Assembly (NCBI GenBank): GCA_030641485.1
Contig: DAOWHJ010000159.1
Coordinates: 1-49,413, forward strand
DNA length: 49,413 nt
Direction: 5' to 3'
DNA from: Pseudomonadota bacterium
GTDB taxonomy: Bacteria; Desulfobacterota; Anaeroferrophillalia; Anaeroferrophillales; Tharpellaceae
The position numbers and the translations under genes are program-made. This document shows positions 27,932 to 36,407 of the stretch, one piece after another (positions within the stretch are counted from its first letter, which is position 1; the number at the start of each line of letters is the position of its first letter). The notes beneath the pieces were generated by a model that searched no databases, was not told the DNA's origin, and saw nothing but the letters and a program-made list of their open reading frames with translations.

Positions 27932-29185
27932 CTACATCCCGCCACCGCCAAAAAAGCTATTATATGCCAGCTTCTGCAAGGCTTCAACACTGCTTAAAGC
28001 TCGTTTCAGTTCTTCCTGGGCCTCTCGACTCAAGGCATTCGGGTCAAGATAGTAGTCATATTCTTGCCCAGAAACAATCGCCTCCACCTGAGAAACCATC
28101 TTGGCATTCGCCAAGACCCGATACGCCTCTTGCAAATCGCATGAAAGTTCAGCATCAAAGTGATTTTGGGATTCCAGGTGCTTGATTCGGGAAACCGTAT
28201 TGGTATCGGCATAGCCGTACTTTAAAGCAAAAACCCGAGCCGTCATGATTAAGGGGGCCCAGCCAAAAAGTTTGACATTAAATTTCCCCTTATGTTCAAC
28301 ACTCTTCTCTAAACGAAATTTCTTGAACATCGTCAGTGCCACATTCGACATAACTGCACTCCTGGCCATAACCATCAGAGCACCGAAATTGTTTTTAATC
28401 ATCAGGTGAACCTTATCGATCAAACGCTGACCAATAACCTCAGAACCGGCGGAGCAAGCAATATCCATTAAAATTATGACCCGCAACAGATTGTTCTGAC
28501 TTTGATCATGAAAAATATCCTCTAACTTACGTCGCCACCCCCCAAGCGAACCGCGCCAGTCCGGATTGGAAGGCATAATCTTGCCACTACAGAGCTTAAA
28601 CCCCACCTTATTCAGGGCCGCAACCACCTCATTCGCAAAATTCTCAAAATAGACGTCAATCTCAGGAGCACCATCAATCTTATAAACCAGAGCATTATCC
28701 TGATCGGTAAAAAAAGTCTGCTCACGCCGACCATCGCTGCCCATATTAAGCCAGGCAAACTCACAGGGTTGAGGAGCTAATTTTACAGAGATTATGGCAA
28801 CTACTCTTCTCGTCAACTGGTGCCTGAAACCGGTTATAAGAGAGTGGATTTCCATAACCCCGACACCTTTCAGGTAGAGCTCGATCGCAACCACATTCAA
28901 ACGCCGATGCACTTCAACCAGCTCATCTAAATCACCGGTCAAGCCAATCCGCTTAATCAGCTTATCAACTTCTGCCCGCCGAACTTCAAGATAACGGAGA
29001 CGCTCACTTAAAATTGTGCAGCCCAAACTGAGAGAGTCAATATGCGCATCAAGGTTGGGAAAGAATTTCAAATCCTCCCCGACACCTACAACATAATTTA
29101 AACGCACCAGATCATCGACCCCAGCACCATGCTTATACTGACGATAAAGTTGACTGAAATCCGCTGATTTGTAATCGGTTGGCAT
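27932..29185 (-). CDS. DUF294-type putative nucleotidyltransferase with a DUF294_C substrate-binding domain; lacks the usual N-terminal cNMP/CBS sensor domains
   Basis: The nucleotidyltransferase signature is MGSDGRREQTFFTDQDNALVY, followed by a helical C-domain. The probable start is ATG 29185 (GGAG upstream). The track ORF starts at GTG 29224. Confidence 0.75.
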   Translation of the reverse strand: MPTDYKSADFSQLYRQYKHGAGVDDLVRLNYVVGVGEDLKFFPNLDAHIDSLSLGCTILSERLRYLEVRRAEVDKLIKRIGLTGDLDELVEVHRRLNVVAIELYLKGVGVMEIHSLITGFRHQLTRRVVAIISVKLAPQPCEFAWLNMGSDGRREQTFFTDQDNALVYKIDGAPEIDVYFENFANEVVAALNKVGFKLCSGKIMPSNPDWRGSLGGWRRKLEDIFHDQSQNNLLRVIILMDIACSAGSEVIGQRLIDKVHLMIKNNFGALMVMARSAVMSNVALTMFKKFRLEKSVEHKGKFNVKLFGWAPLIMTARVFALKYGYADTNTVSRIKHLESQNHFDAELSCDLQEAYRVLANAKMVSQVEAIVSGQEYDYYLDPNALSREAQEELKRALSSVEALQKLAYNSFFGGGGM

Positions 29186-29270
29186 ACGGGACTCCGGATA
29201 AACTGCAACAAAACTGACAAACACCTAACTTACCTTTCACAACATAAACAATCATTGCTAAAAAATCTAC

Positions 29271-29310
29271 AAAAAAAGAGGGGGCACAAATTGTGCCCCC
29301 TCTTTTTTTT
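29271..29310 (-). terminator. Rho-independent terminator of the symporter operon (bidirectional shape)
   Basis: The sequence is AAAAAAAGAGGGGGCACAAATTGTGCCCCCTCTTTTTTTT, about 30 nt downstream of the symporter stop. Confidence 0.8.
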
Positions 29311-29341
29311 ACAAACCACTCTTTTCTACAAGAAAATGATT

Positions 29342-30877
29342 TTAGTCAAACTTGATACCATGCACCTGCTCGCAAAGGAACTTGCGAATTTCTTTGGACG
29401 GCGGTGGCGTCATAAGTGAAACAACAATGTTAGTACACAACGCGATCGGCATCAGAATAAGTGAAGATGAGGTAAAAGGAATCAACTGTGCCAACCAGTG
29501 ATCGTTACCTTTGCCCCAGAAGAAGAAGAAGGCTGTAAGGCTAAGACCAACCAACATTCCAGAGATACAACCGTATTTATTGGAACGACTCCACCAAACC
29601 CCAAGCAGAAAGGTTGGGAAAATGGTATTCCCGGCAATTGCGAATGCCATTGCCACAATCTGAGCGATCAAGGCAAAAGGTTTAAGGGCAAAAACAACAA
29701 CAACCAAACCAAGTGCGAAAACCGCAATTTTGGAAACCATCATCCGTGACTGTTCACTGGCATTAGGGTTGATTACACGGTAGTAAATATCATGTGAAAC
29801 CGCACCACCGGCTGCAAGCAAGAGACCGGAAACCGTGGAGAAGGCCGCACTGATAGCACCAGCCGCCAGATAACCACAAAACCACTGCGGCAAACCAGCA
29901 TTTTCAGCCGCCGAAATAACAATAACATCAGCAAGAGCTTTAACCGGCTGGACGCCAGCGATAGCATTCTGCACCCGTGCGAAAGCTGCATAAGCCGGAG
30001 AACTCCAGTAGAGCAGACCGATGAAAAAGAGGCCCCAGACTACCGACCAACGCGCGTCACGAGTATTAGGAACAACATAGAAACGTGAAAGAACGTGAGG
30101 CAAACCAGCGGTACCAACCATCAGAGTAAAACAGAGAGCGATCCATTTGTAAGTACTGGCTACGCCCCAAGGCTGTACATATTTAAGGTTGTTAGGATCA
30201 GAAGCATATTTGTGACCTAAATCCCAAACTGCCGAGCCATAACCAATTTCAGGAATAAGATAGAAATAACCCAGTTTCTTTGCGATAAAAATTAGCGGGA
30301 AGATGAATGCGGTAATGATGATACAGTACTGAAACTGCATATTTTTGGTCGCACCCAGCATACCAGCAATAATAATGTAAGCCAACACAACTCCAGTACC
30401 AACAATTACCGAGGTTGCATAAGGCATACCGAAGACCCAGGAGAACATCATTGCGATCCCTTTGTACTGACCAATCGCATAGGTTAAAGAGATAATAATT
30501 GCGGTAAAGGCAGCAAGCAGACGGGCTCCCTGCGACTCAAACCGATCACCAATAAAATCAGCCGCGGTATATTTACCAAAACGACGAATCTGACCAGCCA
30601 TAAGCACCAGCAACATAACGTAACCGCCGGTCCAACCGATAACGTATGCCAGAGCAAAATAACCCTTCAAATAGAGCAACCCAGCCATACCCAAGAAACT
30701 TGCAGCACTCATCCAGTTACTAGCGATCGCGGCTCCCGCCCCGATCCGACCGATTCCGCGACCAGCCGCCCAGTAATCATCCTGATCCTTAGCCTTATGG
30801 CCCACACCGATACCAATAAACGCAACAAGAACTATGACCAGAATAATCGCCGGTCCTAACTTAAAACTAGCTTCCAT
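29342..30877 (-). CDS. Sodium:solute symporter family large subunit (VC_2705-type; probable monocarboxylate/acetate permease)
   Basis: It has about 13 TM segments, SSS-family motifs (GRGIGRIGAGAAIASNWMSAASFLG) and is paired with an upstream DUF4212 small subunit. The probable start is ATG 30877 (AAGGAG 8 nt upstream). The track starts at 30901. Confidence 0.85.
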   Translation of the reverse strand: MEASFKLGPAIILVIVLVAFIGIGVGHKAKDQDDYWAAGRGIGRIGAGAAIASNWMSAASFLGMAGLLYLKGYFALAYVIGWTGGYVMLLVLMAGQIRRFGKYTAADFIGDRFESQGARLLAAFTAIIISLTYAIGQYKGIAMMFSWVFGMPYATSVIVGTGVVLAYIIIAGMLGATKNMQFQYCIIITAFIFPLIFIAKKLGYFYLIPEIGYGSAVWDLGHKYASDPNNLKYVQPWGVASTYKWIALCFTLMVGTAGLPHVLSRFYVVPNTRDARWSVVWGLFFIGLLYWSSPAYAAFARVQNAIAGVQPVKALADVIVISAAENAGLPQWFCGYLAAGAISAAFSTVSGLLLAAGGAVSHDIYYRVINPNASEQSRMMVSKIAVFALGLVVVVFALKPFALIAQIVAMAFAIAGNTIFPTFLLGVWWSRSNKYGCISGMLVGLSLTAFFFFWGKGNDHWLAQLIPFTSSSLILMPIALCTNIVVSLMTPPPSKEIRKFLCEQVHGIKFD

Positions 30878-30969
30878 TGAAAAACTCCTTAAATCCCTCA
30901 AACTCAGACTTTATCTACTCAGCTCAGCGAGCGACCAGATAAATCGAGATATTTTCTAACAAATACTTC

Positions 30970-31278
30970 CTAGATGTCACCCTTGCCCATGCGATCTTCA
31001 AGATTATCAATCATGACATTGAACCAGATGCAGAGCCCTATAAAGAGAATAATTAAGAATTGTCCGGTGAACCAGTAATGAAAGGGGAAACCAAGAAAAT
31101 TCATATCAGTCAAGAAACTTTCACCCTGAGGATTGCGTTGAACAATCTTTAAGAGAATTTGAAAACCATACGTAGCTGTTGCCCAAATTGCCAAAATCAT
31201 CCAGATGTAACCAACCTCGGTCTTCTGGAAGTCACCGTTAGGCTTAAAAATGTTAATATGGTAACGATCTTCACTCAT
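30970..31278 (-). CDS. DUF4212 small membrane subunit of the solute:sodium symporter
   Basis: 102 aa with two TM segments. It has the FLGFPFHYWFTGQFLIILFIGLCIWFNVMIDNLE motif typical of DUF4212 and lies immediately upstream of the SSS permease. Confidence 0.75.
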   Translation of the reverse strand: MSEDRYHINIFKPNGDFQKTEVGYIWMILAIWATATYGFQILLKIVQRNPQGESFLTDMNFLGFPFHYWFTGQFLIILFIGLCIWFNVMIDNLEDRMGKGDI

Positions 31279-31980
31279 TATCTGCCCCTCCCGCTAAAAT
31301 TAAATGACTTACTACTCCGAGCTTAACACTGCAGTCGCATAAAAATAAAGAATATAAAATGTCGAAAAACGAGACTGCCATACCGCTAAGCTCTGAACAC
31401 CAAATTGAACACAAAGCCAGAGTTTACCCGCTCACCCCCTCTCACCACCTCCTTATTTAATGATAACAAGACAAATCCGGGCCTTGTTGTGACTATATAT
31501 TTTCATACACAAAGCTGTCAAAACCAACCGACCACAACAGTCGGCATAATGATTTCTAAAACATCGTAACAATAATGTCAAGAAAAAAAACATCATTTTA
31601 ATCTTGCCAGAACAAAAGCTGCAGTTCCATGGCACACCTGAAAGATAAAACACTGTACATATAAAATAATAACTGTGATTACAATATATTACACAAATAT
31701 TCATACCTCACCAAGACAATCTAAGTGTATTAAAACAGTTCTAATGAGACACTAACACCGACCCCGATTAAGCAACTCAAGTCCAAACAAGGTGAATTTT
31801 TTTACAATCTAAAAAACTAAATAAAACAATGGGTTTAGATTTGCCAGTTAACTGTAAAAGTGCGGCTAAAAATCCGGAATTCTGACCCACTGCCTAGAAA
31901 AAAAGAACCGAACAGCTTTATAGTTGATTGAATAGCTAAAGGTGTGTATACTCATTAAACATAATTAAAAGTAAGTCTAG

Positions 31981-32034
31981 GCGAAGCAATGAACGAGAAT
32001 TGCCTTTGTAACTTATGCGCCAATCACAAAAAAA
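31981..32034 (-). repeat. Degenerate third copy of the sigma-54-like module
   Basis: GGCGAAGCAATG...GCCTTTGTAACTTATGCGCCAATCACAAAAAA aligns to 44115-44168. The -12 element is changed to TTACA. Confidence 0.6.
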
Positions 32035-32046
32035 CCGGGACAACCT

Positions 32047-33759
32047 ATGGCTTCACCCGAATCCAATAAACGAATCGGCGAACTCCTGTTCAACGCTAAA
32101 CTGATCACCAGTGATCAGTTGGCCCATGCATTAGCCGAGCAGAAAACCACACCGGGACGTTTAGGATCGACCCTGGTTCGCTTGGGCTACCTCAGCAATG
32201 AGAATTTGACGAATTTTTTGAGCGTCCAGTTCGGGGTCCCGGCTGTAGACCTGCATGAGTTTGCCATCCCCACTGACGTTGTCGAACTAATCTCCAGCGA
32301 TCTGGCCAACAAGCACCACATCCTCCCGATCAACCGAATCGGTTCAACCCTGATCATTGCAACCTGCGACCCTACCGACCTCTCTGCCATTGATGACATT
32401 AAATTCATTACCGGCTACAACATTGAAACCACAGTTGCTTCAGAAGCCTCCATCAAAGAAGCTATCGACAAATTCTACGACTCTTCATCAATGCTCGATG
32501 ACATAATCTCTGAATTTGATGACTCGGAATTTGAGGTGATCCAAGATGAGGAGGAGGACACGAACGCCTCTGCCCTCCAGAAAGAGACCGAAGATGCGCC
32601 GGTAATTCGCTTAGTCAATAAGATTATGGTTGACTCAATTCGGCGCGGGGCCAGCGATATCCACGTTGAACCTTATGAAAAGTTCTTTCGAGTGCGTTAC
32701 CGGATTGACGGGGTTTTGTATGAAATCATGAAACCCCCGTCAAAGCTCAAAAATGCGATCATCTCACGCATAAAGATCATGTCGGAGCTCAACATCGCCG
32801 AACGCCGCCTGCCTCAAGATGGTCGCATCAAGATGAAACTTGGCAAAGGTAAGTCGATGGACATGCGGGTCTCGGTCCTGCCAACCCTGTACGGCGAAAA
32901 AATTGTCATGCGCCTACTTGATCAATCAAACCTCCAACTCGACATGACCAAACTCGGCCTTGAACCAAAAGCACTAGAATTGGTTGATGATGCAATCCGT
33001 CAACCCTACGGCCTGATTCTGGTGACGGGTCCCACCGGAAGCGGAAAGACCACAACCCTCTATTCGGCCTTAAGTGAACTTAACAAAGTCTCCGACAACA
33101 TCATGACGGCTGAGGACCCGGTTGAATTCAACCTGCCCGGCGTTAACCAAGTCCAGATTAGAGAGGGCATCGGCCTAACCTTTGCGGCGGCCTTACGCTC
33201 TTTCATGCGCCAAGATCCGGACATTATCCTGGTCGGTGAGATGCGTGACCTCGAAACTGCTGAAATCAGCATCAAAGCCTCCCTAACCGGACATTTAGTG
33301 CTTTCCACCCTGCATACCAACGATGCCCCAAGCAGTGTCACCCGACTGGTAAATATGGGGGTTGAGCCCTTTCTGATTGTCTCATCAGTCAACATCATAA
33401 TTGCCCAACGACTGGCACGTAAAGTCTGCCAGAAATGTTGCGCAAAAGAGGATATTCCGGTCAACGCCTTAATCCAGAGCGGCATGAAGCCAGAAATTGC
33501 TGAAAACGCTGTTTGCCTCAAGGGTGAAGGCTGTGAGGAGTGCAACCGGACCGGCTACAAGGGCCGGATAGCTCTATATGAAGTCATGACTTTCACTGAA
33601 GTGGTTAAAACTGCGATTTTAAACGACGCCAACACCATGGAGTTAAAAAAAGTTGCTATTGAAAACGGCATGAAGAGCCTACGCCAAAGCGGTCTCAGCA
33701 AACTCATCGAAGGAACCACCAGCTTTCAGGAGGTTTTAAGAGTAACCGCGAGAGATTAA
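32047..33759 (+). CDS. pilB: Type IV pilus assembly ATPase PilB with an N-terminal MshEN-type domain
   Basis: 570 aa. It has a GspE/PilB hexameric ATPase core (Walker A GPTGSGKTTTLY, Asp and His boxes) and a tetracysteine motif (CQKC...CEEC). Confidence 0.92.
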   Translation: MASPESNKRIGELLFNAKLITSDQLAHALAEQKTTPGRLGSTLVRLGYLSNENLTNFLSVQFGVPAVDLHEFAIPTDVVELISSDLANKHHILPINRIGSTLIIATCDPTDLSAIDDIKFITGYNIETTVASEASIKEAIDKFYDSSSMLDDIISEFDDSEFEVIQDEEEDTNASALQKETEDAPVIRLVNKIMVDSIRRGASDIHVEPYEKFFRVRYRIDGVLYEIMKPPSKLKNAIISRIKIMSELNIAERRLPQDGRIKMKLGKGKSMDMRVSVLPTLYGEKIVMRLLDQSNLQLDMTKLGLEPKALELVDDAIRQPYGLILVTGPTGSGKTTTLYSALSELNKVSDNIMTAEDPVEFNLPGVNQVQIREGIGLTFAAALRSFMRQDPDIILVGEMRDLETAEISIKASLTGHLVLSTLHTNDAPSSVTRLVNMGVEPFLIVSSVNIIIAQRLARKVCQKCCAKEDIPVNALIQSGMKPEIAENAVCLKGEGCEECNRTGYKGRIALYEVMTFTEVVKTAILNDANTMELKKVAIENGMKSLRQSGLSKLIEGTTSFQEVLRVTARD

Positions 33760-33886
33760 CCCAGCACAACTGGATAGGTGACTTTATCAAATTATTATCT
33801 TATTTTTTAAACAACATAACAACCTATAATTCATAACTCTAAAGCACCATAACCATAATTAACAATAAACCCACGGAGCATCGATT

Positions 33887-34954
33887 ATGGCAAGTTTGCA
33901 TGAGCTTCTAAAAATTATGATTGACAACGGCGCCTCCGACCTCCACCTGACCGTTGCCAGTCCGCCCCAAATCCGAATTGACGGAACTCTCAACCCTCTC
34001 GACCTTCCCCCTCTAAATGCAAACGAAACTAAACAGATGTGCTACAGCGTCCTAACCGACAGTCAAAAACACCGCTTTGAGAAAGATAATGAACTGGACC
34101 TCTCTTTTGGACTCAAAGGAGTCAGCCGCTTCAGGGCCAACATTTTCATTCAACGCGGCACCGTTGCCGGGGCATTTCGCGCCATCCCTTACGAAGTTAA
34201 ACCCTTTAAGGAATTGGGTCTGCCTCCGGTGGTCCAGGAACTAATGCGTAAGCCCAGCGGCCTAATTCTCGTAACCGGGCCCACAGGAAGCGGCAAGAGC
34301 ACAACCCTGGCATCGATGATTGACCAAATCAACGATGAACGTCACGAACATATCATTACCATCGAAGATCCGATAGAGTTTATCCACACGCATAAAAATT
34401 GCATTGTCAATCAACGCGAAGTCAAAGCCGACACCGAGGATTTCAGCAAGGCCTTACGTTACATCCTGCGTCAGGACCCTGACGTGGTCCTGGTCGGTGA
34501 GCTGCGCGACCTCGAGACCGTCGCATCAAGTCTGACCGTTGCTGAAACCGGCCACTTGACCCTGGCAACCCTGCACACCAACTCTTGCGCGCAGACCATA
34601 AACCGGATCATCGACATTTTCCCCTCACATCAGCAGCCCCAGATCCGCTCGCAACTATCTTTTGTTCTCCAGGCAGTCATATCACAACAGCTCCTGCCTC
34701 ACCGCAGTGGCCGTGGCCGGGTTCTTGCTTTAGAGTTAATGGTACCCAACGCTGCCATCCGCAACCTGATCCGTGAAGACAAGGTCCATCAAATCTATTC
34801 TCAGATGCAGGTCGGCCAGAGCCGTTTTTCAATGCAGACCATGAACCAATCTTTGGCAGCTCTTTACCAGGGTGGAAAGATCTCTCTCGACGATGCCCTT
34901 GCCAAAAGCAATGATCTAATGGAGTTAAAACAGATGCTCGGACAAGCAATCTAG
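33887..34954 (+). CDS. pilT: Twitching-motility (pilus retraction) ATPase PilT
   Basis: 355 aa. It has GASDLHL, Walker A GPTGSGKSTTLA, and the AIRNLIRE PilT signature. Confidence 0.93.
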   Translation: MASLHELLKIMIDNGASDLHLTVASPPQIRIDGTLNPLDLPPLNANETKQMCYSVLTDSQKHRFEKDNELDLSFGLKGVSRFRANIFIQRGTVAGAFRAIPYEVKPFKELGLPPVVQELMRKPSGLILVTGPTGSGKSTTLASMIDQINDERHEHIITIEDPIEFIHTHKNCIVNQREVKADTEDFSKALRYILRQDPDVVLVGELRDLETVASSLTVAETGHLTLATLHTNSCAQTINRIIDIFPSHQQPQIRSQLSFVLQAVISQQLLPHRSGRGRVLALELMVPNAAIRNLIREDKVHQIYSQMQVGQSRFSMQTMNQSLAALYQGGKISLDDALAKSNDLMELKQMLGQAI

Positions 34955-35169
34955 GAGGCTGTCCGGAAATGCTCTTTTTACCCAGCTCTTCGTTATTTTT
35001 TCAAATAAAGCTCGAAGCTTTGCATAAGTTTTTCATCAGAACGTTCCTTCGGAACAACCTGTGAAAAACTTAATACCTCAGTGTATGTTGCGCCCGTAAG
35101 AAGTGCCTTGGATACGCTTTATTGAAAAAAGCCTCGATCTGAGAAAATTTCTATTCCCAGACAACCTCC
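34953..35169 (+). repeat. Intergenic repeat family, copy B (fills the pilT-pilC spacer)
   Basis: It starts with AGGAGGCTGTCC, identical to 6792-6803 and overlapping the pilT stop. It ends with the inverted partner CAGACAACCTCC (35158-35169). It contains GAAGTGCCTTGGATAC (35100-35115), which is homologous to copies A, C and D. Confidence 0.65.
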
Positions 35170-35189
35170 CAGAAAACTAAGGAAACGCT

Positions 35190-36401
35190 ATGGATACTTT
35201 CAAGTGGCAAGGAAAAGATCGACAAGGAAAAAAAATCAAAGGGGAAACTGATGCACTCTCAGAAAGCGTGGTCACCATGAGTTTGCGCAAAAGGGGAATT
35301 ACTGACCTAAAGGTCAAAAAAAAACCCAAAGATATCGAGATCAATCTCCCTTTTTTAAAAGCCAAAGTCCCAGAGAAGGACGTCGTCATCTTTACCCGTC
35401 AATTCTCGACCATGATAAATGCAGGCCTGCCGATTATTCAATGCCTGGAAATCCAGTCGAGCCAACAGGAAAATAAGGAGTTCAAAAGGGTTTTAACTGC
35501 GGTTAAGGAGAATGTCGAAACCGGCGAAACCTTAGCTGATGCCTTAAGGAAGCACCCCGACGCCTTTGACACACTCTACTCAAACATGGTTGAAGCCGGT
35601 GAGACTGGCGGCGCTTTGGACGTCATCTTGGGACGCCTCGCCTTTTTCATGGAAAAGAACATGAAATTAAAAAAACAGGTCAAGGGGGCTTTGGTCTACC
35701 CCGCCTCAGTACTCAGTGTCGCAGTCATAGTTATCGCAATCATGATGATCTTCGTTATTCCTTCGTTCCAAAAAATGTTTGAAGGTTTTGGCGCCGAACT
35801 ACCACTTTTAACCCAGATCATTGTCAATATCAGTGCCTTTCTGCGCGGCAACATCATCTTTATCCTCGCATTTTTTTTCCTCACCAGTTTTTCACTCAAA
35901 AAAGCCTATAAAAAAAGCGCTAAAGTCCACTACTTTTTTGATAATATGTTTCTGAAAATGCCAGTTTTTGGCATGCTTCTGCGTAAGGTTGCAGTGGCCA
36001 AATTTACACGAACCTTAGGAACCATGATATCCAGTGGGGTTCCGATCCTGACCTCACTGGATATTGTTGCCCGAACAGCTGGCAATGTTGTCATCGAAAA
36101 AGCCATTCTTGCCACTAGGGAGAGTATTAGCCAGGGTAAAACTATTGCTGAACCTTTAATGGAGAGTGGTATTTTCCCAGCGATGGTAGTCCAGATGATA
36201 TCAGTCGGCGAAACCACCGGTGCTCTTGACCAGATGCTCAACAAAATTGCGGATTTCTACGATGATGAAGTTGACACTGCGGTCAGCGCCATCACCTCCT
36301 TAATCGAACCTCTGCTGATGGTTTTTCTAGGTGGCATTTTAGGAACTATGATCGTCGGCATGTACCTGCCAATTTTCAAAATGGGTGAAGTTGTACATTA
36401 A
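35190..36401 (+). CDS. pilC: Type IV pilus inner-membrane platform protein PilC (GspF family)
   Basis: 403 aa with two GspF repeats (FTRQFSTMINAGLPI...; FTRTLGTMISSGVPI...) and three TM segments. Confidence 0.92.
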   Translation: MDTFKWQGKDRQGKKIKGETDALSESVVTMSLRKRGITDLKVKKKPKDIEINLPFLKAKVPEKDVVIFTRQFSTMINAGLPIIQCLEIQSSQQENKEFKRVLTAVKENVETGETLADALRKHPDAFDTLYSNMVEAGETGGALDVILGRLAFFMEKNMKLKKQVKGALVYPASVLSVAVIVIAIMMIFVIPSFQKMFEGFGAELPLLTQIIVNISAFLRGNIIFILAFFFLTSFSLKKAYKKSAKVHYFFDNMFLKMPVFGMLLRKVAVAKFTRTLGTMISSGVPILTSLDIVARTAGNVVIEKAILATRESISQGKTIAEPLMESGIFPAMVVQMISVGETTGALDQMLNKIADFYDDEVDTAVSAITSLIEPLLMVFLGGILGTMIVGMYLPIFKMGEVVH

Positions 36402-36407
36402 AAACAG

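Noticed and set aside
31630-31646. A TGGCAC hexamer in the pilB upstream spacer, considered as a sigma-54 promoter.
   Set aside because: The downstream sequence ACCTG-AAAG has no TTGC or GC -12 element.
31453-31704. An 83-aa Cys/Phe-rich ORF on the minus strand in the long AT-rich spacer.
   Set aside because: There is no RBS, the composition is what AT-rich DNA gives when translated, and I recognised no motif. It is probably spurious.
32007-32022. The third copy of the sigma-54-like module (rc TGGCGC-ATAAG-TTACA), considered as a functional promoter.
   Set aside because: The invariant -12 GC is replaced by AC, and the nearest minus-strand gene is about 740 nt away. I kept it only as a degenerate repeat copy.
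33060-33545. Long antisense or out-of-frame ORFs inside well-supported genes (for example 33060-33545 in pilB, 40165-40557 and 41056-41439 in the Pat-like gene, 23177-23743 in the OFOR gene, 15915-16283 in the peptidase gene, 43044-43445 across lptF/radC).
   Set aside because: Each is fully embedded in a longer ORF with clear family motifs on the other strand or frame. They have biased Arg/Ser/Leu-rich composition and no recognisable domains.
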